A stretch of 64,000 nt of DNA from Nymphaea colorata (Eukaryota). Below the pieces are notes generated by a model that worked only from the letters and a program-made list of their open reading frames with translations, made no database searches and was not told the origin of the DNA. How positions within the stretch are numbered: the stretch's first letter is position 1; each line of letters begins with the position of its first letter. Of the stretch, positions 24,201 through 34,689 are shown in pieces. The DNA is taken from NCBI RefSeq assembly GCF_008831285.2, contig NC_045138.2, positions 23,436,001 through 23,500,000 of the forward strand. Reading direction: 5' to 3'. A program made the translations under genes and the position numbers.

Positions 24201-25187
24201 ATATTGGTACCAGTGAAGTTTGGTGTGGTCAGGGGATGGAGGACCTTATTTTTTGTTTCTCTGTAATTCATTACTGTCAATTTCCTAATAATTTATTTGC
24301 TGGAAAATAAGGTGCAGAAGTCACCTCATCATAGTCATTTTCTATTGAAATATCCAGATAATTTTTCAGCCAGTTGGTCCTTTTTGTTCACAATCTTATT
24401 CTTTTTTTGTCTACAAGTTGAAAAGTGGCTATTTAGTTTCCTCTTTCCTCATGATCTTGTTCTTTTTCTTGTCTGCAAGTTGGCTGGAAAATTTCTTGGG
24501 TGTTGCTGTCCAATAAGGGTAGTATTGCCGCAACCAATGATGCCCAGAGAGTAATGAGATTTCTGGAACCTTTTTCAACCATATACCTGAAATTCTGGGT
24601 CTTAGGTTATCCAGACACCAAAGAGAACTTATTTGTTGGCAAAAATTTTTTGTCTGAAAGCCTAATTGATGCAAAACACTAGGTTTTATTATAACTCACG
24701 TTATGCTTCGTGATGATTCCAGTAAGGACTGGATGATTAGATGGACATGGTTGATTAACATAACTGGATAGCTTAAGGCTTACAGATCCAGGTCGCATCT
24801 TGTAAATGAATTCTCCTTCACAACAAATTAAGACCCCCAGGTGATTCAACAGCTAAGCAACCTGCCTAATTTCTGTCCAGGTCAATTGTGAAGCCCGACC
24901 AGCCAACCTTTTCTTTTTTATTTCATTTTAAAGCAAAAGGCTCTTGCTTATTTGAACGGGTTTGTTTCTTAGAGCCTAAAAAGTGAGGTGGGGCCAAATG
25001 AGGTTGTTGTTCATTAGGAAAATGGTTTGGTTTCCTTTTATTTCCGTGGAACTGAGACTGCCATTTTTTTTTCCCCTTACATCAAAGTTACATGAGTAAT
25101 TGAAATTTGAATCCTCATCTCTCACTTGTTTGGATGGACAGCCTACATTTCTTGGAGGTCAGCGTCCCGAAGGAGGTGAGCTTGTAG
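1458..25187 (+). CDS. ZTP29: ZIP/ZupT-family zinc transporter ZTP29-like, 12 coding exons, 276 aa
   Basis: GT-AG exons in consistent phase: 1458-1521, 4722-4780, 4871-4963, 5145-5237, 5317-5395, 5898-5953, 11980-12036, 17480-17520, 18087-18154, 18761-18817, 18910-19027, 25142-25187 (831 nt including TAG). Protein reads [26 protein letters not shown]...[19 protein letters not shown]...[14 protein letters not shown]...[17 protein letters not shown]...GFAEPLG...LHEMLP...[15 protein letters not shown]. Both HNxPEG metal-site motifs are intact. Confidence 0.93.
2342..2880 (-). mobile_element. Possible Copia remnant (degenerate PBS, LTR and gag start) in ZTP29 intron 1
   Basis: Plus-strand GAGCTGTAATACCA-TGTAAA at about 2567-2586 resembles a reversed iMet PBS next to an LTR end. 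The adjacent minus ORF ([16 protein letters not shown]) weakly resembles a Copia gag N-terminus. Confidence 0.3.
3207..3273. repeat. Compound (TA)n/(CA)n microsatellite
   Basis: Seen directly in the sequence. Confidence 0.9.
6064..10837 (-). mobile_element. Ty1/Copia LTR retrotransposon in ZTP29 intron 6; 3' LTR mostly deleted
   Basis: Perfect 5-bp TSD GTGTT (6059-6063 and 10838-10842). 5' LTR 10600-10837 with TG..CA ends. iMet PBS TGGTATCAGAGC at 10588-10599 (-). Gag-PR-INT ORF 8133-10154 (zinc knuckle [14 protein letters not shown], protease [17 protein letters not shown]). RT motifs YKARLVAKG and [10 protein letters not shown]; RNaseH motif YSDADWAG. Frameshifts include a 7-bp duplication GTTCAAA at 6884-6897. 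Only 6064-6092 of the 3' LTR remains. Confidence 0.95.
12650..16570 (+). mobile_element. Old, heavily degenerate Ty1/Copia element in ZTP29 intron 7
   Basis: Integrase remnants ([36 protein letters not shown]). RT remnants ([27 protein letters not shown]). RNaseH remnant ([10 protein letters not shown]). PPT-like TTGAGGGAGAA followed by TGTTAA at about 16414-16430. Many stops. Confidence 0.8.
13735..14903. mobile_element. Unidentified insertion (probably LTR-retroelement-derived) interrupting the intron-7 Copia between integrase and RT
   Basis: The segment has no Copia coding motifs, starts TGTCAG, and is flanked by AATCA at 13730-13734 and 14904-14908. The right end does not finish in CA, so the boundaries are uncertain. 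Confidence 0.3.
19062..22190 (-). mobile_element. 5'-truncated chromovirus-type Ty3/Gypsy (RT-RH-INT-chromodomain plus 3' LTR) in ZTP29 intron 11
   Basis: Minus-strand motifs [55 protein letters not shown] and a chromodomain-like TWEDFL. PPT AAGGGAGGG (19320-19328) directly precedes a TGTA...ATCA LTR at 19062-19319. Confidence 0.85.
20221..20956. mobile_element. Non-autonomous hAT element (MITE) inserted in the Gypsy integrase
   Basis: Perfect 8-bp TSD ATGTCAAC (20213-20220 and 20957-20964). Removing the insert restores integrase ...SVVVD-MLSKY. Subterminal ACGATAC-type repeats are present. Right end is TTTTAAAACATTG; the left TIR is degraded. Confidence 0.85.
22196..22660 (-). mobile_element. 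TRIM (terminal-repeat retrotransposon in miniature)
   Basis: Two direct repeats of about 190 bp (TAACGACC..GGGGTGTT at about 22197-22386 and about 22467-22656). They flank an internal segment of about 80 bp with a reversed PPT (CACCCCCCTT) at one end and a degenerate reversed iMet PBS (TTTGATACTA) at the other. Confidence 0.75.
22660..24045 (+). mobile_element. Endogenous pararetrovirus (Caulimoviridae) fragment: protease-RT linker, tRNA-Met PBS and pseudogenised 30K movement protein
   Basis: ORF 22679-23035 ends [22 protein letters not shown] (cf. badnavirus-like GENPLKHWEKN..CKL.I). PBS TGGTATCAGAGC at 23075-23086. From ATG 23156, across stops and frameshifts: [81 protein letters not shown], collinear with caulimovirid movement proteins. 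Confidence 0.8.
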
Positions 25188-26619
25188 CAAGGCAGACAGC
25201 CAGACACTACATCTGTACAGAAACTTTTGTGCTTGATTTGGCTTCAGCTCAACGTCATTCTTTACATGTTGACTTGGGAAAATGCTTCTCCTGCTTGGTT
25301 CTAAAAGCCAAACCTGCTTTGTAATGTTCCATATCAATAAATTGTGAATTACCAGACAGGGCCTGGATTATGAATAGCCGACTCCAGGTTATGTGGACAG
25401 TAGCTCATTCATTTTGGTGACGGATTAGGTGTCAAATTTGGACTTTGGTTATCACAGCTAGCCCTTGAAGAATGGCTCCATGTGTCAGTGGAAGACATGC
25501 AGTGTATCCATATTAGATTTGAATATGTAGTAGTTCATCACAATCGAGGCCTCACTGGACCGAGTAAACCGCATTCAGGTTTAATAAGGGGCTCTGGAGA
25601 CACCTGGTCTTTGTTCAAAAAAATTTGTCTGTATGCGTGTGCATATATCCGTGCATGTGTGTGGAACAATTTTGATTTTAATCGGAACCTCTGCAAGGAC
25701 CCAGTAAAAAATGGATCATACCCGGTTCTCTTTCTGCTCGTATGGATCTTTCCTGCATATTTTTTTGGGACATCGATCCCATTGGATTAAAGGCCGTGTC
25801 TATCCAAATACAACTCTTTAAATGACGGCCCTATAAGCATATCTTGGTGTGTATAAGCTTGTCAGAAATTTCTAGCAAGCAAATTGAGCTCAAAATCATA
25901 TTCCATATACTTTTTTCACGATTGAGCGTGGAAGAATCTGTGCTCTTCAGATTATTTAGCCAAGCTTGTTTTGATAAAAAGTTTAACATATTACTTTTTG
26001 CATTAGCTCCATGAATTAAATTATGTTACTGGTGCGCTTATTATTAAATATGGGCTTATTGAGTTGGGCTGAAATGAACGCCTATTATTTGTATTAAGCT
26101 TATGGAAGTTCAAATTGGCATTTTCTCACATGGCACCATGAGCTCAGCCTGGAGCAGTTGACTTATCATTCACCCACGTGCACTTGGAATGCAAAACACT
26201 TCGCCCCCGGGAAGGTGGATATTCTGAATGCATTTGATCATAAAAATGCTATGATAACACATGCTTTTAGAATTTGTCTTAAAATTACTATATTCTTATT
26301 TCAGTAAACATTTGCAAGTGTTGGACATAATTAAGTTTTTTTGGGACATGAACCACTCTTATTAATGTCCTCTTAAACTGGTGTTTGATAAGAATATTGT
26401 GGTTTAGGAACACAGGGTTTTAGTACGAAGTTTCTGTTTTAGGAAACATAGTGTGATAATGCCAAACATTAGATTGCTAAATATAAGAACAGTTATAATC
26501 ACATCATATTTCCTTGAACAAAGTATCCTGGAATAAGGAATATGTGTCCTAAAATATAATGGTTTTCTTATCAAATGCTTCTGAAACATTGGGTTGGGAC
26601 AATTAAAATAAATTAGAAA

Positions 26620-26870
26620 TTGAATTTGGATTATATTGTACAATAATATTGGAGCTGTTCAATCAGCCTCTCAAGTTCTCCAGCACGGTAGAAGTAAGCA
26701 CATTGGGATCGATTTTTGTTCAGTGTAAGATGTAAGAGATGTAAATTTACTCTCTGCTGAAGGTAGACAGGTAAGATTCTCTTTAAGCCTCTTCCAACAA
26801 AAAGACACATGCGTGCCACAAAGCTCAATAATCATCCTAGAATAATGGGCTTGAGGGAGGCTTGGAAGTG
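26620..26870 (+). mobile_element. Copia RNaseH 3' remnant with PPT
   Basis: Translation LYC..GAVQSASQVLQHGRSKHIGIDF (cf. LYCDN.SA...NPV.H.RSKHI.ID), followed by PPT-like TTGAGGGAGG at about 26851. Confidence 0.55.
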
Positions 26871-28125
26871 ATATGGATTGAGGTATGAAATATTGTGGAT
26901 TGGATCGCAAAGATTTGAAGGATCAACACAAAGAGGCAAAAGTGATGACCTGCTGAAAATCGAGCAGCAAGGAAAGGGAAAGAAGTTACTAATGATGCGT
27001 ATGGAAATCTTGGTGACTATCAAAATAATGATCCATATACATCATAATTTACAATAGAAAGCTCTTGAAAAATTGATTTGAAGCGACGTTCGTTGATATA
27101 TAGGCTTCATATCAAACCATGTTAAGATCAAGTTCTCTTATCCATATTATTTCCTTTTCACACTATTCTAATAACAGCTTGCTATGCCAATTATCATAAT
27201 TCTCATCTCATGGATTTCACTTCTTGTGCACGCTGAAGCTGTAGGTATACAATCTGGACTAAAGAGATGCATGCCCAAGGGGTTTCACTACTGGTTTACT
27301 TTTGAACTCATTCAAAAAAAAAAAAAAACCTCGAATTCTAGCAACCATGAAAGCACACCTATCTGTCACTGTATAACAATTTGTAAAGAACATGCACGCC
27401 CTAACAAGAATTCAGTATGCTACTCAATCTGAACTGACATATTTGGTTCATGCTCTAAAGCATACCAAGTTGCGCAAGAGCTTGAACAAGACATTCTTAA
27501 CAAGCCAAACAAAGGTGTCATGCAGCTTCGCAGGGTTTAACTACTGGTCAGCGCCTAGAAAAAAACATGCAAAAGCCTGAACTAAGTTTTTGCTTATCAT
27601 CCTTACTACACTGACATGGGAGGCAGGTCATGACAGGGAAGGTGATTCACTTATCCCATTAATACTTCAGAAATGCAAAAAAGTGCCTCCCGTCTTCCAA
27701 CATCACCCTCATAATCTCCAGATGATGCAGTTGAAAATTTTAATCTCAAGATGATGCAGTTGACAACTCCATTTTCATTCTCCTTTATCAACACTGTCGT
27801 ATAACATTCAGGATTAGAGTAAATGGACTCAACCTTTAAAGGAAAAGTTATTACAAGACCAAACATAGTTAAGCCAATTAGGTCTTAGTTTCCCATCAGA
27901 GACTTGCCCGTTTTAAATACCAAAGCCACAACACATTCAAGAGTAGTACAACGAATGCCACAAACAGAATATGTAAATCATCATTTCATCAAAAGTGTCC
28001 CTTCTCACATGACTTGAAATCAGAGAATGCATGGTAGGCAATGTAAAACAACTTGTATCAAGTAGCTCTATCGAGCCTAGTATGCTTAAACAAAAGCTCG
28101 ATACTTATTGGCAACTGCAGAGGTC

Positions 28126-31100
28126 TTATTGATGGGTAGCAGAAGGCCTTTTTTCAGTGGTATAGGGAAGGTACTCTTTCCCGTTGTCAACTCGTGTTGT
28201 TTGACCACCTATGTCAATGACAGCAGAGGTAAAAGCCAGTGCAGCTCCAGCTGATATTGCCGTAGAAATGCTCCTGCCTGCAGGCTTCTACAAGTTAGAA
28301 AAGCGGCAGGACATAACAAGTGTTTGAAAGAAATCATACAAAGTACAATCATGGCTGGGGATTTGATTTTGAAGGTTCAGAACAACTCAAACAGTGATCA
28401 AACAAACAAAACAAGCCTTATAATGAACTACTTCGACTAAAAGGAACATTTTGTCCCATAACCTGGAGCCATGTTTGAAACCCAAAACATGGCCAACATT
28501 TCATCTTAATAACATCATTATAGAAATCGTGGATCACATGTTGCCATGTTACAATTTCATAAAAGGGCAGGCAGGCACAGTCTACTCTAAGTGAATGCCC
28601 GGATTGTCACACCTTTCGTGTGGGTTCGAATTTATCTGAGAAGGAATTTTACTATCTTCCATTGACCAGGGAAACAGACCAAGATCAAATTTCAGGTCAT
28701 TTATTGTTGACATGATCTGAAATAATATCTTCGATCCCTACTAAAATGTGCCAAAATAAAGGAAGATGTCAAGCATTTTAGATGTCAAGCATTTTAGATT
28801 TTACTTACTATGGCTGGAGAGCATTGAATCACTCTTTCCCTCAGCCTGCCAAAAGAAAGATGCAGAAAGAAGGAAAACTGTCTTGGTTACCATTGGCATA
28901 CACCAAGTGAGTGCTCTGTAGCCATGGTAATGGACTATATGTTATAGGGGAGGTAAGGTAGTGTGAGATTGACATTCCTCCCTAGCAGCTGGATAAATCA
29001 ATCACAGGTTTCAAATTGTTTCACTGATTATCCACCTCCTAGGATAATCAAGGAGATCATTCTGGAAAATACCGATGATGAAACCCGAAATAGAAATGAG
29101 AGTTGCTCTAAAAAATCCAATTGTTAGGTAATCGAGAAACAATCCATTGAGTCAAGTTTGGTCTATGAATCTAAGAAAAAGCAACAAATCTTTCTCTCTC
29201 AATTCAAAAATATAATATCTGAATTGATGTCATTGCATAGATTTTTCCCAAATGAATAATTATATTTTTCAATTTGAAGTCCACTTACACAGAGACAGCC
29301 CCTATTGATAATGAATCTCTGGAAAGCATCCATGGCTGAATGGTTAAAGCATCTTATGGAGCAACCAAAAGGCCCTATGCTAAAGCACAAAAAGCTACCA
29401 ATAACTGCTGCTAGTACTATTGTTTGTTCTTTAGAGAGCTTCTGCTTCTGTCTTATACCAAAGGAAGGAAGGAGTAACCTTTGACTCAGCTGTTCCAGGT
29501 ACAAACTGAGACTTTGAAGCTTTGCTTTTGGTTTAGCTGTAGTTGATTTGGATGAAAGCCTATAGCAACTTGGAGCACTCAATGGAACTCTCATTAGGTC
29601 GACCAAAAGAGAGCCATGAGGAAAGTTGGTTTTGATAAATATCCATTTCCTCAGTAACAGATGAGCAGTGGGGTTGCTTAGCAATCCCTAGCAGATCATG
29701 CCAGAGCAAGAAGAGGTTTTTGATTTTGAAGAAGATGAGAAAAAGAAGATTCCACAATTTTAAGATGATACACTTTGACAGATATGTGTGCACAGTTTCC
29801 ATTGTTTGATAAAGATATAAGTGTGACCCTTTTAAAGAAAAACCTGAACAAATTTATTGGCAAGGTTGGTTTACTCTCTTTTCTCAGCTACAACAAAAGA
29901 GAGAAGTCAAGGTGTCTCATTCTATTAGCCAACATTGTATACAAATACTCTCAAATGACAGAATGATGCTCGCAGTCTTTCATTTTTCATTCCAACCATG
30001 ACAAATAATTGCGGACAAGAGAGTAATATCTCCAAATGCGGTTCAAAATAAATGTATTCACAATTTCACGTGTATGTTGCATAGGTTATGTATAATCTCA
30101 CCTCTGTCTGCTCTCCTTCTCCCCTTCACCCTCATATGCTCTTTAGTTTCATTCTCCTACACCATTTCCCTTTCTCTCCTCTGTTTGTCCCTCTCCAACT
30201 CATGCCGACAATCTCAATTTTCAACCTCTTCCTCTTTCGCCCCTATTGTCATTGCCTTCACCTTCAACCTCATATTGTTGGCATTTGAAAAGCTAGTTCT
30301 CCTTCTTGTTTATGTGTTAAATTTGCATGGGAGGCACAGCCAACGCTAGCTGCCAGTGATGGTTGGCAATGATAATGATTGAAATAGAGGGAAACGGCAA
30401 GGAGGAGAAATGGATGCCTGCTGCGATGGAAATTGGGGCCTATAAGAGAGGAACTGCTGATTGTGCACGTGTTGAGAAGGCAGAAAGGGAAGTGAGGGAG
30501 GAAGAGTTGCGCACCAACAGCGGGCGGTGATGATCGTTCATTTTACTCCTACGTCACCAAACATCAAAAGGAATCCTTGGAGTAAAGCACCTAAATCATC
30601 ACACACAAGACCAAAACAGAATATGGTATTTTCAATTCCAGCCCACACTTACCTGGATAAGGGATCCTGTAATTTTAATTCGAAAAACTTTATTCCAAAC
30701 CATCAAACACAACCTGATAGTGTCTTGTCACCCTTCATAGCAATCCATCACCCTTCATAGCAATCCATAGGTCCATCTATAAGAATTAGTTCACTTGTAA
30801 AGAAAAATGTATTTCATTACGAAGCTTTGAAAGTGAGAAAGAATCCTTAGGGAGCTTCTCGTAATGAAGGTCAGTTAAGGTACTTGTCTATATATGATTG
30901 AATTTTAATTAAAAATAATAAGAACCATGCTACAAACATTTTTACATCTATCAGGTTGAATATATTTTCCGACTTTTTGTAGTTGACCTTTAAACAAAAT
31001 TTAAATTATCTATGTTCTTAATTATTAACAAAATTTAGGTTGGTTTCTCAAGTCAAACAGGGAACATGAGGAGACCTAAACCAGAATCCTGAAATGCACT

Positions 31101-33966
31101 TCCATCCAAACAGATCATGGAATCCACACCTCCATGGAAAATCAATTTCTTAGAAATCTAATGTAAGTACATCCTCCAAGCGAAGCCTCATGGACATAAG
31201 ACTCCACTACAACTCGAAGTCCAGTGTTATACACGAGCCACAAAATCATGGTTCATTACCTTAGTATCATTTGCAATTGATATTTAATGCTTTCACCACG
31301 TAGCTGCCTAACCTTTGGCTTTGATAGTAAAAGATTAGGAATCTACACCCCAACACAGACACACACACAAAATAAAAGTGAAGGGAAAAATATTTCTATT
31401 AGATGGACATTATAGTCGATAAGCAATTATTTGCCAACTCACTTTATTGAAATAATAAATACAAAATTAAACAAATCAAGAACAATAATTGCATGAAGAA
31501 AGCAATACCTTAAGCTCAATAATCATGTCTGTTTTAAGTGAAAAATCAAGGTTTCTACTAATTATTGGAAAAGGCCTTCTAGGAAGAGGGGCTTCAAATC
31601 TGCCAAAGGTTTCCGATGACATCACAAGTAATTACAAGGTACCCACTCAAAATCATGAAAAAAATATAGATAAAGACAAGGACATATTTGACCATGTAAA
31701 ATGAAAAGAATCTGACATGCTACATGCTCGCATCTTGGAGATTGGATCCAGAAGCAGTCCATTTAGCGGAAGCAGTACATTTTATTGGGCGTGCACCAGT
31801 GTGTGTTATGATGACTGGATCCAGAAGCAGTCCATTTAGCTTCAATGAATAAAATACAAAGCTGTAGCATACACACGACATAACAGTGCTGATTGCAGTT
31901 TCAATAACCACAACATAGTGAGCAGGTTACTTGAGAGAAAGGGCCACCTCCTATATCTTGTCCAGGACCACGATGGATGCAGGTGCACATGCTCCAAAAG
32001 ACACGAGTACTCAAGGTTAAGACACACATAACTCAAATTAGATAAGGTCTAAGGTTATGAAATGGTAGATGTCCCATAAATGAACAATATAGTAGTACAA
32101 AAATGAAAGAGACAGCCTGAACATCTGAAACGAGAAGTTTTTTGTGGTTAATTGGTATCGCCAATAAAATTGCCTGCCAAAAAGGTACTCCATTACTTTG
32201 ACGGTTTGACCTTATGGCAACAGGATGTATAGTCCACGTACTGGATTGTAGTCAAAATAAATATTTTGCGGATCCATTAAGCCAAGGCTTCTTTTTTAAT
32301 TTGTTACTTCAAGAACCTATGTTGTTAAAGCCTCGCCTAGGCATGGACTAAGCGTGAGTCCACACCCGTCGCCTAAGTCCACCACTTAGGCGAAGGATAT
32401 GTGTTGGTGCTTAGGCTGGCCTAGGCACCAACATGCCTAGTTCATCAGAAAGTAAAAAGTCACCTTCCCTTTCAATTAAAGTTTCTTAATTGAGTAACTA
32501 TTGTTATGTATTTTATAATGTATTCATTATGTATTTTTATGTATTGTTATGTTGATTATGTTGTTATATGCATACTGTTATATGTATATACTGTTAGTCA
32601 CTTACTCTGTTATATAGTATTGTGATACGTCATAACTGTTACATGTATACATTAGTATGGTTATGTTACGTACTTATGTCTTTCTTTAGGTACAGATGGA
32701 TTAAAGCCTTCCTACGGATTTACATTCCTTCTTCTAGAGGTTAGATTCAATCTTTTTTGGTTACTTGTATTAGATTACATTTAATGAGTAATGTTAAACT
32801 TCTTTTATTGGTTTTGCATATGAAGAAAACAATTAATTTTTTATTGTTTAAGTTGATTATGTTGTTATATTACTACTGTCCACATTTCAAATATTAGTAA
32901 TAGCCAGTCAAAATAATTTGACTTATTAGCATAACTAAAAAAATTAAAAAAGACTGGTCGCTTTTTTTGCCTAGGCTCACCTAAGCCCGCCTAGGCGCTA
33001 GGCTCTGCCTAGCGACCGGGCGCCTTGACAACATAGTGAGGAACTTGCACCCAGGGCATGAGATCTTGTTGCTCAACCTATATCATAGAACTCTGAGGCT
33101 AGTGCCCTACCCTCAGGGCCCATACCTGCTTTGGCTTAAGCAAAGAGTTGATGGCCAAGAGAACTAAACCGGACTGACGATGTACGAATTGGATTTAACA
33201 ACCACTTCTTTTCACTCAAAAAAGTGGGAATTAGAAAAGTCTGCAATGAAGATGAGGTTCAACCTATGCAACTATCGAGTCCGACCGCGAAGGAGATTTA
33301 CAAGGAAATAGAACAGCAATGACCGAATCACAATTTTTACAGTTCCTCACGATGATCTGTTCGCGAATCCTCCAATAAAATGGAGAAGGGAAAAAACTTC
33401 GACCTTTTATCTTTTTCCAACATTTTCTCCCTTCCATCAGTGAGTTAAATTACCGCACTTGGTTCATCAATTCTGCAGCAGAAAATTAAGAACGCAGATT
33501 CCAAAAGAACAGGAGAAGAACCCACAAATTGGACAAAAAAGAAAACTAATGCCTCCAAAAAAATCTATATAGAAGCCCTAACTACCCAGAAATCCAATTT
33601 CAACTTGCTCCTAGGACAAAAAGAAAAATCGTAACCTTTGAATCCCAAGACAGAAGCGCCGGCAACGAATCCGCCCACTGCACCGTTGATGAAATCTTTC
33701 TTCATCCTGTACTTCTCGACCATCTGCTCCACTCCAATGTAGATGCCGCTGATCGCCGCGAATGTCAGGCCATAGTTCCCCATGAGTTTCGCCGTCCGGA
33801 CCAGGCCGGGAAGGGCAACGCTCCGCTCAACTCTGGGGACGTCATACCAGGTTGCGACGATGGTGCCCCAGACGGTCCCTGCGACGAGGCCGGACGTCGC
33901 AGCCTTGGCCGTCTTCATCATTGGTGAGACGTCATCGGCCAACTCCCTGAGCTCCGTCGGATCCAT
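28126..33966 (-). CDS. OEP16-3: Tim17/Tim22/Tim23 (PRAT) family protein, OEP16-3 / complex I B14.7-like, 160 aa, 2 coding exons
   Basis: Exon 33966-33636 (MDPTELRELADD...WYDVPRVERSVALPGLVRT...KDFINGAVGGFVAGASVLGFK-G) is spliced in phase 1 to exon 28277-28126 (RSISTAISAGAALAFTSAVIDIGGQTTRVDNGKEYLPYTTEKRPSATHQ*), 483 nt in total. A 5'UTR intron is likely at about 33980-34137. Confidence 0.9.
29000..29830 (-). mobile_element. Possible degenerate LINE ORF2 C-terminal (zf-RVT-like) fragment in the OEP16-3 intron
   Basis: Weak motif resemblance only (ETVH/TAHLLL; LAAVIGSFLCFSI). Confidence 0.3.
32317..33036. mobile_element. Non-autonomous hAT-type element in the OEP16-3 intron
   Basis: TIRs CTATGTTGTTAAAGC / GCCTTGACAACATAG match 13/15. 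GCCTAGG subterminal repeats occur at both ends. Degenerate 8-bp TSD TCAAGAAC / TGAGGAAC (6/8). Confidence 0.75.
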
Positions 33967-34156
33967 TTTCTTCCAAACCCTGTCAGACGAAAGAATACAA
34001 AAGAGAAATCAAGTAACTCCGCCAACAAAGAGGAACGACCAAACAAACAAACATCATCTCGGTAAGATAAAATCGAATTGAAGAAGTATTTCAACAATGG
34101 CGAAGGAAAGGGAGCGAAAACCAAAGTTTTTTCTTACCGACCCGCTGGAGATACAG

Positions 34157-34246
34157 TTAGGGTTCCTAAGCCAGCCCTCTGCGCTCGTTTGCTGCTCAGA
34201 AGTTCATATGTTCCTGTTATTAAGTTAGCTTGCGTGTCAGGCCCAT
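34157..34246 (-). promoter_or_regulatory. Telo-box-like TTAGGGTT and site II (TGGGCC) motifs at the OEP16-3 5' end
   Basis: TTAGGGTT at 34157-34164 and GGCCCA at about 34240-34245. This pairing is typical of promoters of housekeeping and mitochondrial-protein genes. Confidence 0.35.
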
Positions 34247-34261
34247 AATAAGGAGAACGAG

Positions 34262-34665
34262 TTTCCCGGAGTGAGGCCCTGCTAGGGACTTACCCCCAGG
34301 ACGGCCGACGGTGCCGAGAGCAGCCGGGCAGCGTTGGCCAGGGCTTTTGCTTGTATAGGCGCAGGCGCAGGAGAGTCAGCGCGTAAGGAGGTTGACTTGG
34401 AACCAAGTGGTGCTATTGAGGGAAAAGTGGGCGGAGCATCACGGATTGGACACAGTCTTTCCCTGGAGTGAGGCCATGTTAGGGACTTACCCCCAGGACG
34501 GCCGGGACTAGCGGCCGACGGTGCCGAGAGCAGCCGGGCAGCGTTGGCCAGGGCTTTTGCTTGTATAGGTGCAGGCGCATGAGAGTTAACGAATAAGGAG
34601 GTTGACTTGGAGCCAAGTGGAGATATTGAGGGAGGAGTGGGTGGAGCATAACGGATTGGAGACAG
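34262..34665. repeat. Tandem duplication of a GC-rich unit of about 200 bp
   Basis: TTTCCC.GGAGTGAGGCC...ACGGATTGGA.ACAG occurs at about 34262-34457 and about 34458-34665. The second copy has an extra GGCCGGGACTAGC. Confidence 0.85.
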
Positions 34666-34689
34666 ACAACACGAGGTAGATCTTCAGAG

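Noticed and set aside
31743..31845. Repeated 25-mer with an ATGATGA box C-like motif (possible intronic snoRNA)
   Set aside because: No matching D box or terminal stem, and the motif is on the strand opposite the host gene. It looks like a simple local duplication.
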